Shown here in pieces: positions 1-10,147 of a stretch of DNA of 64,000 nt. The number at the start of each line of letters is the position of its first letter. Positions within the stretch are counted from its first letter, which is position 1. Made by a program: the position numbers and the translations under genes. Under the pieces are notes generated by a model. That model was not told where the DNA came from. It did no database searches and saw nothing but the letters and a program-made list of their open reading frames with translations. The stretch comes from an uncultured Rivularia sp. (GTDB taxonomy: Bacteria > Cyanobacteriota > Cyanobacteriia > Cyanobacteriales > Nostocaceae): positions 6,688,001 to 6,752,000 of the forward strand of contig OY762007.1 in the NCBI GenBank assembly GCA_963665115.1. Direction: 5' to 3'.

Positions 1-22
1 TTGGTAATTGGTAATTACAGTT

Positions 23-210
23 TGTAGGTTGGGTTAGGCACTCAAAAAATATTGGTTTTAAGCAAGAAATTGATCTGTATTGCCGTAACCCAACATCCGG
101 ATGCCGATAGCAACACGCGGATAATCTCTTGCTGAAGACGTTGGGTTACGGCGCATCAGAAATCGTCGTTAACCATCTTCTTTATTTATGCGCCTTTAAC
201 CCAACCTACA
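23..210. repeat. REP/MITE-like palindromic element with GTAGGTTGGGTT...AACCCAACCTAC ends and internal copies of the same arms
   Basis: Terminal inverted repeat tgtaggttgggtta / taacccaacctaca; internal aacccaac and gttgggtt arms. Confidence 0.6.
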
Positions 211-337
211 ATCTATATAGAAAGATATTGTAAATATCGGGCTTGCTTGCACTTTTTTATATGCAAGGAAGCCTAATAATTGCAAATTATGTTAATTATA
301 ACTTTTGAATGAGAAAACACTATTAAGCTGATATTAA

Positions 338-3300
338 TTAACGTTGAGTGCATATCTTTCGTAATTCTTTCTCTTGTGGATTACTCAATAAATAATCTCG
401 CAACCAATCACAACCCATTTTCATTAAGTCCTTTTTTTCTAAATCTAATTTCCACAATTTGACGGTGTTATCGTAACTAGCCGAAACAAGACTTTTACTA
501 TCGCGGCTAAAGCTAAGACTAATAATTGTGTTGCGATGTCCTTCTAAAGTATTGAGTAAATTCCCTAAAGGAATACTCCAAATTTTAATAATATTGTCGC
601 TGCTAGCAGATGCTAAAGTTTTACCGTCGGGACTAAATTTTACTCTTCTAACATCGCTATCATGAGCTTCAATGGTTTTAATTAAACTACCATTTTGACG
701 ATTCCATAATTTAATAGTGCTGTCATTTCCCCCCGACGCTAAAAACTTTCCGTCGGGGCTGAAATCAACGGTCATGACTCCACCACTATGACCTTTTAAA
801 GAAAATAAAGCATTACCTGTATTTACATCCCATAACTGAGCTTTTTGAGTTCTACAAGCTGCTACTATTTGTTTGCTATCGGGACTAAAGTTAATGCTAC
901 CGATGGTACAGGGATTCATCGGTTCATCTTGAATTATTTTGTATAAACTACCGTCAGCTAAATTCCATATTTTGATTACTTTACCGGAACCACCACCAGC
1001 GGCTAAAATTTTTCTATTTGGACTAAATCGGACGCTACCAAATGAATATTTGGAATTTGCAAAATCAAATTTTATCGAACCGTTTTCGGTGTTCCATACT
1101 TTAACCGTGTTGTCGCTGCTAGCTGTTGCTAAATATTTACCACCCGGACTAAATCTAACGCTGCCAATACCTCTTTTATGACCTTTTAAAGTTTTAATTA
1201 AAGTTTCCGTTTGGAAATCCCAAAGTTTAATTGTTTTATCGTTACTTGCTGTTGCAAAAGTATTACCGTTGGGGTTCATACTAACGCTTCTCAAAAGTTC
1301 TTGCGATACGTTAAAACTTTTCGGATATTGCTTTTCTAAAGACCATAATCTAATAGTTTTATCCCAACCTCCGGAAGCAATCGTTTTTCCGTCGGGACTA
1401 ATATTAATGCTCCAAACTCTACCGTGATGTCCTTTTAAAGTTTGGGGTTTGGTATTGCTATCGGTTGCATTTTCTAAATTCCACAATTTAATTGTACTAT
1501 CAGAACTTGAACTTACTAATTGCTTTCCATCAGGTGTAAATTCAACTGTCCATACGGGGTTACGATGACTTCTTAAAGTTTGCATTTCTTCCCCGGTTTT
1601 GATATCCCATAACTTTATCGAACCGTCCTCACTAGCAGAAGCAAGGCTGAGATTATCGGGATGAAAATCAACGCTTCTGACAGTATGTCTATGACCTTTT
1701 AAAGTTTTTAGTAAACTACCGTCTTCAACTTTCCATAATTTAGCAGTTTTATCGTTACTGGTAGAAGCTATAATTTTACCATTATGATTAAATTTAATTG
1801 ATGTTACCCACCACCTACGACCTTTTTTAGTTCGATGAGCGGGAATCGATTTAATTAAAGTTCCATCTTTAGCATTCCACAACTTGATCCAGCCTAGAGA
1901 ATCGGAAGAAGCTAAAAGTTTACCATCTGGACTAAAATCAACGCTTCTAACCCAAGTTTTATTGTGACCAAAAATAGTTTTTTTTAAAGTTCCATCTGCG
2001 ACATTCCATAGCTTAATAGTACTGTCATAACCACTAGAAGCAAGAGTTCTACCATCTGGACTAAAACGTAAACTCCAAAGTCGTTCTTGATGTCCCTCCA
2101 ATGTTGTTATTAGTTTTCCGGTGGATACTTGCCATAATTTAATCGTTTTATCGAAACTTGCTGAAGCAATAATCTGACCATCTGGGCTAAAATCAACTGC
2201 CATAATTACACTTGTATGACCTTGAAAGCTCCGCATTTCTCTTACGTTATAAACAGTTTTTTCTAAAACCGAAATAATTTGCGATCGCACTTGTTGGGGA
2301 ACCTGAGATTTTGTCTCTAATACACGTAGTTTTTCTCCTGTTTTCAAAGCTTCTAATAATGCTTTAAAGGGACTCGATTCATAAGTTATTTCGGCTTCAC
2401 TCGCTTCTAAAGATAATTTTGCAACTGATAAATCTTCTCTTGCTCTTCTAATCTGTAACCAAACAGCAATTGCGGTTGTTACAGAAATAAATAAAATAAC
2501 TCCACCGACGGTGACAATTTTTTTGGCTTTCTGCTGTGCTTTATTTAAAGTATCGTTAGCTTGAGCTAATATTTGACCTTCTTCTGATTTAATTTGTAAA
2601 TCTAGTTTGATTGTTTGTTTTTCTAAATCTTGACTAGCAGATAAAAAACGATAATCCAAGGAACTCAAATTTTGATTTTTAGCCCAGGATAGAGCGTCTT
2701 GTAATGCTTGTCCTCGTAAAAGTCGAGATTCATCTTGATAGTTAGAATTAACCCAGTTGTTAAAACTTTGAGAATAGGGACGTAATTTTTCTAATTGTTT
2801 TTCAACCCACGCTTTATTAAAAACCAGTTGATAAATCCGATTGTATACTCGTAATTTACCTTGTTCTTGAACTACCAAACCAGATAAACGTAAATCGGTT
2901 TGTTCCAAACTTCCATCTGCAATCACTTCCCCTTGCTGCAAAATCTCTTGATAAATTACCAATAATCTTCCAGATTTTTGTTCGTTACGCAGGATTCTAT
3001 CTCGAATCGTCTTTAAATGTTCGGGTTCGTCTTGTGCTTCCCAATTTTCAATGATTGAATTTTGTACAATCTCTTCAACTAATTGATTTGCACTAATATT
3101 ATTTATATTTTGATTTTTGCTTTTACTTTTAATAATTAACTGACACAGCTTTTGCGATAAAAAAGGTTGTCCACCAGTCCAAGTTAAAATTTCTTTGATT
3201 ACAGCTAGAGGATTATTAACTTTCCCATTTAAACCTTGAGCTAAAGGTTCAGCTTCATCTATTTTAAATCCGTATAACTCTATAGCTTGACCAATATTAA

Positions 3301-3908
3301 AAGGAGTTTGAGTTTTATCAGCAATCAAATCGCTTGGTGTCGCTACTCCCAGAAGTGCAAAAGTCAAACGTTTATATTCTGGATTATCAACACGTTTATT
3401 GTAGAAACAGCGAATTAAAGCGAAAAAATCATCAAGAGAAAAACTTTGGCTCAAAACTCTATCAATTTCATCCACAAAAACTACAATCTTCTGTGGAATT
3501 TCTACCAATAATATTTCATCAATAAATAAATTTAACCGCTGGGACTGGTGACAGTAAATCTCGTCTTTCCTTCCACCAGCTTCGCCAATTTATCTTTTTA
3601 CTTAGCTTACAACTACTAACTAAAGCTTGAACAATTCCAGCGTACCATTTCTCAGCAGTGACATCTTCTTTCCCAATTCCAGTTAAATCAATAAAAGCAC
3701 AAACAAAACCTTGCTCTTGCAACTTTTGCATTGTTTGGACTCTTAAACTCGATTTACCCATCTGTCGGGAATTGAGTACATAACAAAATTCACCTGCTTT
3801 TAAACTTTGATAAAATTCCGCATCCGCTTCACGACTGACATAACTAGAAGCATCAGCAGAGAGACTTCCACCCACCTGATATTCATATTGAGATGGTGAT
3901 TCAGTCAT
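338..3908 (-). CDS. AAA_35 (STAND-like) ATPase + transmembrane helix + ~14 WD40 repeats; frameshifted at ~3541 (ORFs 3519..3908 and 338..3508)
   Basis: YQVGGSL...SRQMGKSSL Walker A, VFVDEID Walker B, QTPFNIG motif, hydrophobic [21 protein letters not shown], repeated GH...FSPDG...IKLW; removing one base at ggg 3541-3543 gives continuous [22 protein letters not shown]. Confidence 0.85.
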
Positions 3909-3978
3909 GATTTTATCGCCGAAACCGTCTTTTTAACTATACTATTTCTACCAATAATTATTTTAATTTCAAATCAAT

Positions 3979-4107
3979 ACCTGATTTTTCCCTATTTTTC
4001 CCCTAAATGCTTCTGTGGTATGGATTTATTAATAGTTGATAACACCTGATTTTGTCCTATTGGTATTTAATTAAATTCAATTCATTATGTATACATGAAG
4101 CGCAAAC
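3979..4107 (+). promoter_or_regulatory. Putative operator/promoter block with CCT-N8 direct repeats (ACCTGA-N6-CCTAT)
   Basis: CCT at 3980/3991/4002 and 4045/4056; block 4043-4107 closely matches 7322-7388. Confidence 0.55.
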
Positions 4108-4155
4108 TAAATCGCTTTTCACCAAATACTCAATTAAATTTCAGGTCAAATTATC

Positions 4156-4509
4156 ATGTTAAAACAAAAATTATCTGCGTCTTTAATAGTTGTTAATGCT
4201 TTAGCTGGATTATCAATTGCAAGCGCAGCTTTTGCAGCAACTCCTCCCTCAACAAAACTTTGTCCTGAAGGTTGGGTTCCCGCTCCAAATCCCCAAATTA
4301 GCTGCATTCCAAATCAAATCAAAAACCCAGGAACAACTCGACCAATCAGGAAAAAGCCACCTTCAAATAGAATTTGTCCTGAAGGTTGGGTTCCTGCGAC
4401 ACCTCCTTTAAATCCTCAACTTGGATGCATTCCAAATCAAATCAAAAATCCAGGAACAACTCGACCAATTAAGAAAACTACACCTGCTCAACAAATAAAA
4501 GTTCGTTGA
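4156..4509 (+). CDS. Small secreted protein with two Cys-Pro-rich tandem repeats
   Basis: Signal peptide ending AAFA; repeat CPEGWVPA...CIPNQIKNPGTTRPI twice, also visible at DNA level. Confidence 0.75.
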   Translation: MLKQKLSASLIVVNALAGLSIASAAFAATPPSTKLCPEGWVPAPNPQISCIPNQIKNPGTTRPIRKKPPSNRICPEGWVPATPPLNPQLGCIPNQIKNPGTTRPIKKTTPAQQIKVR

Positions 4510-4613
4510 TAGATATCAGATAGTTTGAGAAGAAATGAATAGGACTTCCCTCTTCTTATTAAGGCTAAGGTGTACACAGAAGTCCTACCCGTCTTCGTTT
4601 CAGTCTATGACTG

Positions 4614-4685
4614 CCCCCTAAATTCCCCAATTCTGGGGGACGCAGGAAAATATTCTTGTCCCCCCAATTTTGGGGGCTAGGGGGC
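4614..4685. repeat. GC-rich REP-like palindromes (CCCCCTAA...TTCTGGGGGAC / CCCCCAATTTTGGGGGCTAGGGGG)
   Basis: Nested inverted repeats typical of cyanobacterial intergenic repeats. Confidence 0.5.
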
Positions 4686-5150
4686 GATTCGGTGAGGCTT
4701 GATATTACTTATTTTGTTATGACTTAAAAAAAGTCACCATAGGATAAAAACAGGTATTAAAAATAGGTACTTGCCTTCCAAAATAGGGAAAAGTCAGTTG
4801 CAGTATTGTAGGGATTTTTAAACAATAATTCAGACCATTATTTAAAGATTAAGCCAAAATACTTCCACCTATTTGATATTTATGTTTGGATGATGATTTA
4901 ATCACGACGAGAGGAAAAAATATTCCTTTGAGAATAGTATATTGAGTTTTAAATAATTTAAATAAAATTAAATACCTGAGTTTATCCTATTTTGTAAAAT
5001 CAAAATTCAAGACATAATTATATATATCATCTGAATCAAGTTAATGAAAAAGACGGATGATTAAAATATTTCTGAATTATAACTTCAAGGGTGCATAAAT
5101 ATTTGTTCTCGAAAGTATACATAACTAAAGGCTAAATTTTTTGAATCAAT

Positions 5151-7004
5151 ATGAAATTAACTACTTTTGTAACTTCAATTGCAATTGGACTTGTTTTATC
5201 TCCGATTATTTCTAACCCAGTATTTGCAGGAACTATCTCCGACCCCAATGATGTTAATTGGGCATCAATTCGCGGTTTAAGTAGCAATGCATTTGGTAAG
5301 TATTTCCAGAAGAAAAAATCCCAAGGTTATCGCGTTATAGATATTGAAGTAGATAAAATTGGCGGTCAAACTCGTTATTCTGCCATATATCAAAAGAATA
5401 TCGACAAACGGGGCTGGGCTAGCTTACGTAATCTTACTCACGAACAATTTTCTCAACGATGGAAAGATTACCGCGCTAAAGGTTATCGACTCATTGACCA
5501 AGAAGCCTATAAAATTGGCTCTCAGCGTCTTTATGCTGGTGTATGGGAAGAGAACAAGGAAAAGCTAGGTTGGGTATCCTACCGTAACGTAGATAGTGCC
5601 GAATTTTCTAAGCGCTTCAAAAATTACAAGAGCCAGGGGTATCGCATCGTTGATGTGGAAGCATACCCTAGTGGTGGTAAAACAAAATATTCCGCGATTT
5701 GGGTCAAAAATACAGCGGGTTTAGGTTGGGCAGAATATCGAGATATGTCTAAATCAAGCTATGCTTCCAAGTTTAAGGAATTTAAACAAAAAGGTTATCG
5801 AGTTTTAGATATTGAATCCTACAAGCAAGGTTCAACACAAAAATATGCTGCAATTTGGGTGAAAAATACCAACGGTAGAGGTTGGGCTGCTCGTCGGGAT
5901 ATGGATGCTAATTGGTTTGGCAACTGGTGGAAAACTTATAAAGACGAAGGATATCGACTAGTCGATTTTGAAGCCTACCCAACCGCTCAAGGTACCCGCT
6001 ATGCTGGAGTTTGGAGACAGAATGGCAATCGTCTTAATTGGTCTGGAAAAACAACTGTTGATAATGCAATTAAGCAATACAAAAACGAAAATAAACTAGC
6101 TGGAATCAGCGTTGCAATTGCTCGAAATGGCAAGATAATTTATTCCCGTGGATTTGGTTTTGCAGATATTGAAAACAAGAAAGTTTATAGTGCTGATACT
6201 GTTTCCAGACATGCATCGGTTAGTAAATTAGTAACAGCATTGTTAACCATGCGTTTGCTGGATTTAAATCAAATTTCTCTTGATAAATCCACTCGTTCTT
6301 ATGTCTCTAGTTTACCCAACCATCACACCCATACAGTTGAGCAATTGATGCGTCACCGTTCGGGTATTCGACACTATCGAGGTAGCAAACGCAAAAATTG
6401 TGAAGTTCCTAATAATTCAGCTTGGAAAGATTCTAGTAATACGCAATATTCTACCGCTACCCAAGCAGCGACTCTGTTCCAAAGCAATCCATTAATGTTT
6501 TCACCAGGTTCTAAGAGATGTTACACCACTCATGGTTATACAGTCTTAGGAGCAGCTTTAGAAGGTGCTACAAATAAATCATTTTCGGGATTGATTAACC
6601 GTGAAATAAATCAAAGACTTAATATACCAACTCTTAAACCAGAATTTCGCAATCAATCGAATCCGGAACGAGCTAAAATCTACTCTTTATCAAACGGTAA
6701 AAGCGTACCTGCGAAACGCGATAATCTAAGCTGGAAATATCCTGGTGGTGGATTAGAATCATCTGCAATAGATTTGACTCGTTTGGGAATGAAGGTTTTG
6801 GATGGTTCTTTTGTTTCAGAAAAATCACTGAATACTTATTCTACTAATAATAAATTATCCCACAGTGGATCTCAAAGGGGTGCTAAGTCTTATTGGTGGA
6901 TGAATCGCAGCGATAAAACCGTAATTAGTGTTCTTACCAATCAAAGCAGTGGAAATCCTGGGGAATTAACTAAAACCATTGAAGGTATTTTGCAGAAGAA
7001 TTAA
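5151..7004 (+). CDS. Secreted serine hydrolase: ~5 tandem BTRD1/polyglycine-hydrolase-like repeats + beta-lactamase/PBP-family domain
   Basis: Signal peptide; repeats W.....F......K..GYR..D.E.Y......YA.IW; SVSK (SxxK), HRSGIRHY, PGGGL, HSG motifs. Confidence 0.85.
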   Translation: MKLTTFVTSIAIGLVLSPIISNPVFAGTISDPNDVNWASIRGLSSNAFGKYFQKKKSQGYRVIDIEVDKIGGQTRYSAIYQKNIDKRGWASLRNLTHEQFSQRWKDYRAKGYRLIDQEAYKIGSQRLYAGVWEENKEKLGWVSYRNVDSAEFSKRFKNYKSQGYRIVDVEAYPSGGKTKYSAIWVKNTAGLGWAEYRDMSKSSYASKFKEFKQKGYRVLDIESYKQGSTQKYAAIWVKNTNGRGWAARRDMDANWFGNWWKTYKDEGYRLVDFEAYPTAQGTRYAGVWRQNGNRLNWSGKTTVDNAIKQYKNENKLAGISVAIARNGKIIYSRGFGFADIENKKVYSADTVSRHASVSKLVTALLTMRLLDLNQISLDKSTRSYVSSLPNHHTHTVEQLMRHRSGIRHYRGSKRKNCEVPNNSAWKDSSNTQYSTATQAATLFQSNPLMFSPGSKRCYTTHGYTVLGAALEGATNKSFSGLINREINQRLNIPTLKPEFRNQSNPERAKIYSLSNGKSVPAKRDNLSWKYPGGGLESSAIDLTRLGMKVLDGSFVSEKSLNTYSTNNKLSHSGSQRGAKSYWWMNRSDKTVISVLTNQSSGNPGELTKTIEGILQKN

Positions 7005-7046
7005 GCACAACTAGAGAATTCTTATATCTTATTTTGATTGACATAC

Positions 7047-7072
7047 CCACCCAGTAAATGGGTGGAATTTTT
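7047..7072 (+). terminator. Possible intrinsic terminator after the serine hydrolase
   Basis: ccaccca-gtaaa-tgggtgg followed by aattttt. Confidence 0.45.
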
Positions 7073-7246
7073 ATACTTATTTCAAAACATGATATTGATA
7101 GAAAATTAGGAACGGCAAATATTTCTTAATACTACGATTTATTGAATTAATAAACTTATAAATTGTGAAAATTAAGAAACCGGCTTTTGTTAAATAGCCT
7201 GGTTTTATTTTGTTCAATATTAGTCTTGTGATTCGATTAATAAATG

Positions 7247-7388
7247 ACCTGATTTTACCCGATTTTTTCCTATATATTACCTGAAAAGTTTGCATCTTAT
7301 AGAATTTGAGATTATTTATAGAACCTGATTTACTCCTATTGGTATTTTAATTAATTGAATTCATTATATATACATGAAGCAAACAAAC
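7247..7388 (+). promoter_or_regulatory. Putative operator/promoter block with the same CCT-N8 repeats
   Basis: CCT/CCG at 7248/7259/7269/7280 and 7324/7335; near-copy of 4043-4107. Confidence 0.55.
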
Positions 7389-7439
7389 TTGCTTTTTATT
7401 AAACATTTAATTGACGCTAAATTATCTTCAGGAGAAAAA

Positions 7440-8255
7440 ATGAAATTACAAAAATTAATTGCAGCACCAATTGCTCTCGGATTGACTATCGGTAGCTTTC
7501 CCCTAGTAAATTCACCCGCTCATGCAAAAACTGTGAGAGTTCCTATCCCTAAATCAGTAGTTAGTACAGCATTTAACGCAGCATTAAGTTCAACTAAAAT
7601 TCATCTTGATAATTATGGAAGTAAGCGTGGAACTACTTGGCACAAAGACACCAGCTATATTTTATTTCCTAATGGAGTCAAGAAATCAATTCCGATTCCC
7701 GAATACACATTTAAGGTAACAAAATTTCGACAGTTGAAATACTATATAGATGATATGAACACCTCATCTATCAAAAGTACTATCAACGGTAGCCGGATTA
7801 AAACAAATCTCTATTTTGAAAGCCAAGGTGAGGAAGTAAAAGCTAAATGTATCCGCAGAAGATTGAAAAAATGGAATGAATGTTCTCTCAAAATGGAACG
7901 AGATATTCATTTGAATAACTCAATTCTTTCCATGTCTTTGCGACCTGTTGCTTATAAAGGTTCTATTTCCTATGCTAATCCAGCAGTAGACTTTAAAACT
8001 GATTTACGAATTGCTAGTAAACTATGTCAAAGTTTCAAAGGTATTTGTAAAAATATTGAAGGTAGAATAAAAAACGAATTAACCAACAATATTGAAAACA
8101 GACTTGCTAGTGGTCTGAATAGTTCAGCAGTAAGAGCCAAGGTAGCAAGCTCAGTGAAAAATTCACTCAAAGGTAATTTGGGTAAATACAAGAATTGGAA
8201 AATTGTTTCAATTAAGAGTCGGGGTAACAAATTCGTTTTAGAACTGAGTAAATAG
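7440..8255 (+). CDS. Basic secreted hypothetical protein
   Basis: ORF 7374..8255; probable start at ATG 7440 after GGAGA RBS; signal peptide ending PAHA; four Cys. Confidence 0.7.
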   Translation: MKLQKLIAAPIALGLTIGSFPLVNSPAHAKTVRVPIPKSVVSTAFNAALSSTKIHLDNYGSKRGTTWHKDTSYILFPNGVKKSIPIPEYTFKVTKFRQLKYYIDDMNTSSIKSTINGSRIKTNLYFESQGEEVKAKCIRRRLKKWNECSLKMERDIHLNNSILSMSLRPVAYKGSISYANPAVDFKTDLRIASKLCQSFKGICKNIEGRIKNELTNNIENRLASGLNSSAVRAKVASSVKNSLKGNLGKYKNWKIVSIKSRGNKFVLELSK

Positions 8256-8339
8256 AATTTTGTGAAGTAAGCAATAAAGCTAGCTATCGAGACGGCTTTA
8301 TGTTTTTTACAAAATATGTGTAAGTAAAATTCCAACGGT

Positions 8340-8370
8340 TTGTAGAGACGTAGCAATGCTACGTCTCTAG
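8340..8370. repeat. REP-type palindrome GTAGAGACGTAGCAATGCTACGTCTCTA
   Basis: Perfect inverted repeat between convergent genes; related copies near 13071 and 51930. Confidence 0.6.
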
Positions 8371-8425
8371 ACAATTTTGGATATAAACTAATCAATTACC
8401 AATTACCAATTACCAATTACCAATA

Positions 8426-9877
8426 TTAAATCAAAACCCGTTGAAAATAATCTCTATATAAATTACAGCTAGGTTTGACACAATTATCCGATTGTTCTAC
8501 TAAACCAAGACTATGCAATTTATAAATCAAAATTGAATTTAATTCCACCGGTGAAGCTGAATTCACAACAACCTTAAAAGCATCAATCAATTCTAGAGAT
8601 TTTTGTATCAGTTCAAAATATCCCCGTAAATGATTGCTGTAAATCCCCGCTTCTGTAGAAGCTTCTTGCAATATTGTATGCAGGTTTATTTTTTTATAAC
8701 TAACTTCATACATTGCTAATCTAAGTAAAAAGGGATGACCTCCTACTAATTTAATTAGCTGTTCTATCTGTGTTTGATTCCAATTTAAACTGTGTTTTGC
8801 AACTAATTTTTCAACTTGCTGTCGATCAAATTCGACTAATTCTACAGGTACCCCTGCATTAAATGGAGATTGATTAATATCTAAAGGAACGTAAACTTCC
8901 GTAGAATGCGCTATTACTAAACGTAATTTTGTCCAAATTTCCGAAATTTTACCTTTTTCATGCCAACTCCGTAGCATTCCGAAAAAGTCTTCAATAATTT
9001 CTGTATAAGCAAAAATTTTATCTATATTATCTAATGCTAATACTATAGGATAATTTATTTCGGTAAGTAAATATTCTTCAAAATATACAGTACAGTTATC
9101 ATTACTACCTAAAATCTCAGAATCCCAATAATCATTTAATTGATTTTCTAATTTTAATTGTCTGCTAGCCATACAGCAAAGCCAGCGCAGGAATTTATCT
9201 AAATCTGTTAAAATTCTCCGCTCTACGCTACTTAAATCTAAATAAACAGTGTGATAATTTTGGTGATTGGCATTAGCGATAATTCTATTTGTTAAAGAAG
9301 TCTTACCCATTAACTTCGGTGCTTTTATTCTAATTAAAGACCCAGGTTTGGTAATTGTGTCGTAACAAAGATTTTCTAAATTGTTTCTTTCAATATAAAA
9401 ATTAGAATCTGGTGCTACAGAACCCTCTGGAAAAGGTATATTATTTATTTGTTTTTTTATTTGTGGTGTGACAACAAGTAATTCTTCTCTAACTTCGCTA
9501 ACAACAGGATTGTTTTGTTTATGGTTTTGTTTCTCCCAAAGTCTTCTTAATGCTGCTAAAAAATTCTTTTTAGTAACTTTTTCCCCCAAAGACTGGGACA
9601 GTTTATGCCATAATTTATTACCTACATCCTTATTTAAATATTCAGCGCTATAGCCGTAATTAACAGCCATTTCATCATAAGTTTTCTGCATCCAAGAAGC
9701 TTGAAGCACTTTAACTTCAATATCGCTAAGATATTTTCCCGTAGTCTTGAACAAAACACAATCCGCAACTTGTTTTAAATCGCTCCAATCAAAATCAGAA
9801 ATAGAATCAATATTCACTTTTAAATCAGATAAACTATCAGTCATTTGAAGCATAAATTTATCCCCGAACCGTAGCAT
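8426..9877 (-). CDS. N-terminal HTH (vMAP-type) + AAA_35 domain protein, putative STAND-like transcription regulator
   Basis: YLSDIEVKVLQASW..TYDEMA..YGYS..YL..DVG.KLW..LS..LGEKVTKKNF HTH signature; APKLMGKTSL Walker A; QSPFNAG motif. Confidence 0.85.
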   Translation of the reverse strand: MLRFGDKFMLQMTDSLSDLKVNIDSISDFDWSDLKQVADCVLFKTTGKYLSDIEVKVLQASWMQKTYDEMAVNYGYSAEYLNKDVGNKLWHKLSQSLGEKVTKKNFLAALRRLWEKQNHKQNNPVVSEVREELLVVTPQIKKQINNIPFPEGSVAPDSNFYIERNNLENLCYDTITKPGSLIRIKAPKLMGKTSLTNRIIANANHQNYHTVYLDLSSVERRILTDLDKFLRWLCCMASRQLKLENQLNDYWDSEILGSNDNCTVYFEEYLLTEINYPIVLALDNIDKIFAYTEIIEDFFGMLRSWHEKGKISEIWTKLRLVIAHSTEVYVPLDINQSPFNAGVPVELVEFDRQQVEKLVAKHSLNWNQTQIEQLIKLVGGHPFLLRLAMYEVSYKKINLHTILQEASTEAGIYSNHLRGYFELIQKSLELIDAFKVVVNSASPVELNSILIYKLHSLGLVEQSDNCVKPSCNLYRDYFQRVLI

Positions 9878-10147
9878 TGTTTAAATACAGCATGAAAATT
9901 TAGCATTACTGATTTGAAGCAATTATCTGCTGCACTACTTATCTACATCCTGTATGCACTCTTGGATTGTTATTTATGCAAAGCAATATAAAACTTAAGA
10001 TTAAAGGTTAAACGTCAAATATTTTAACTCCTAACTCCTAACTCCAAACTCCAAATTCCTAACTCCAAACTCCCAAATAAACTTTTCTCAAATTAAATTG
10101 TTATTCTCCTCACACAACTGGGTATCTTGTAATTAGTTTACTGCTGT

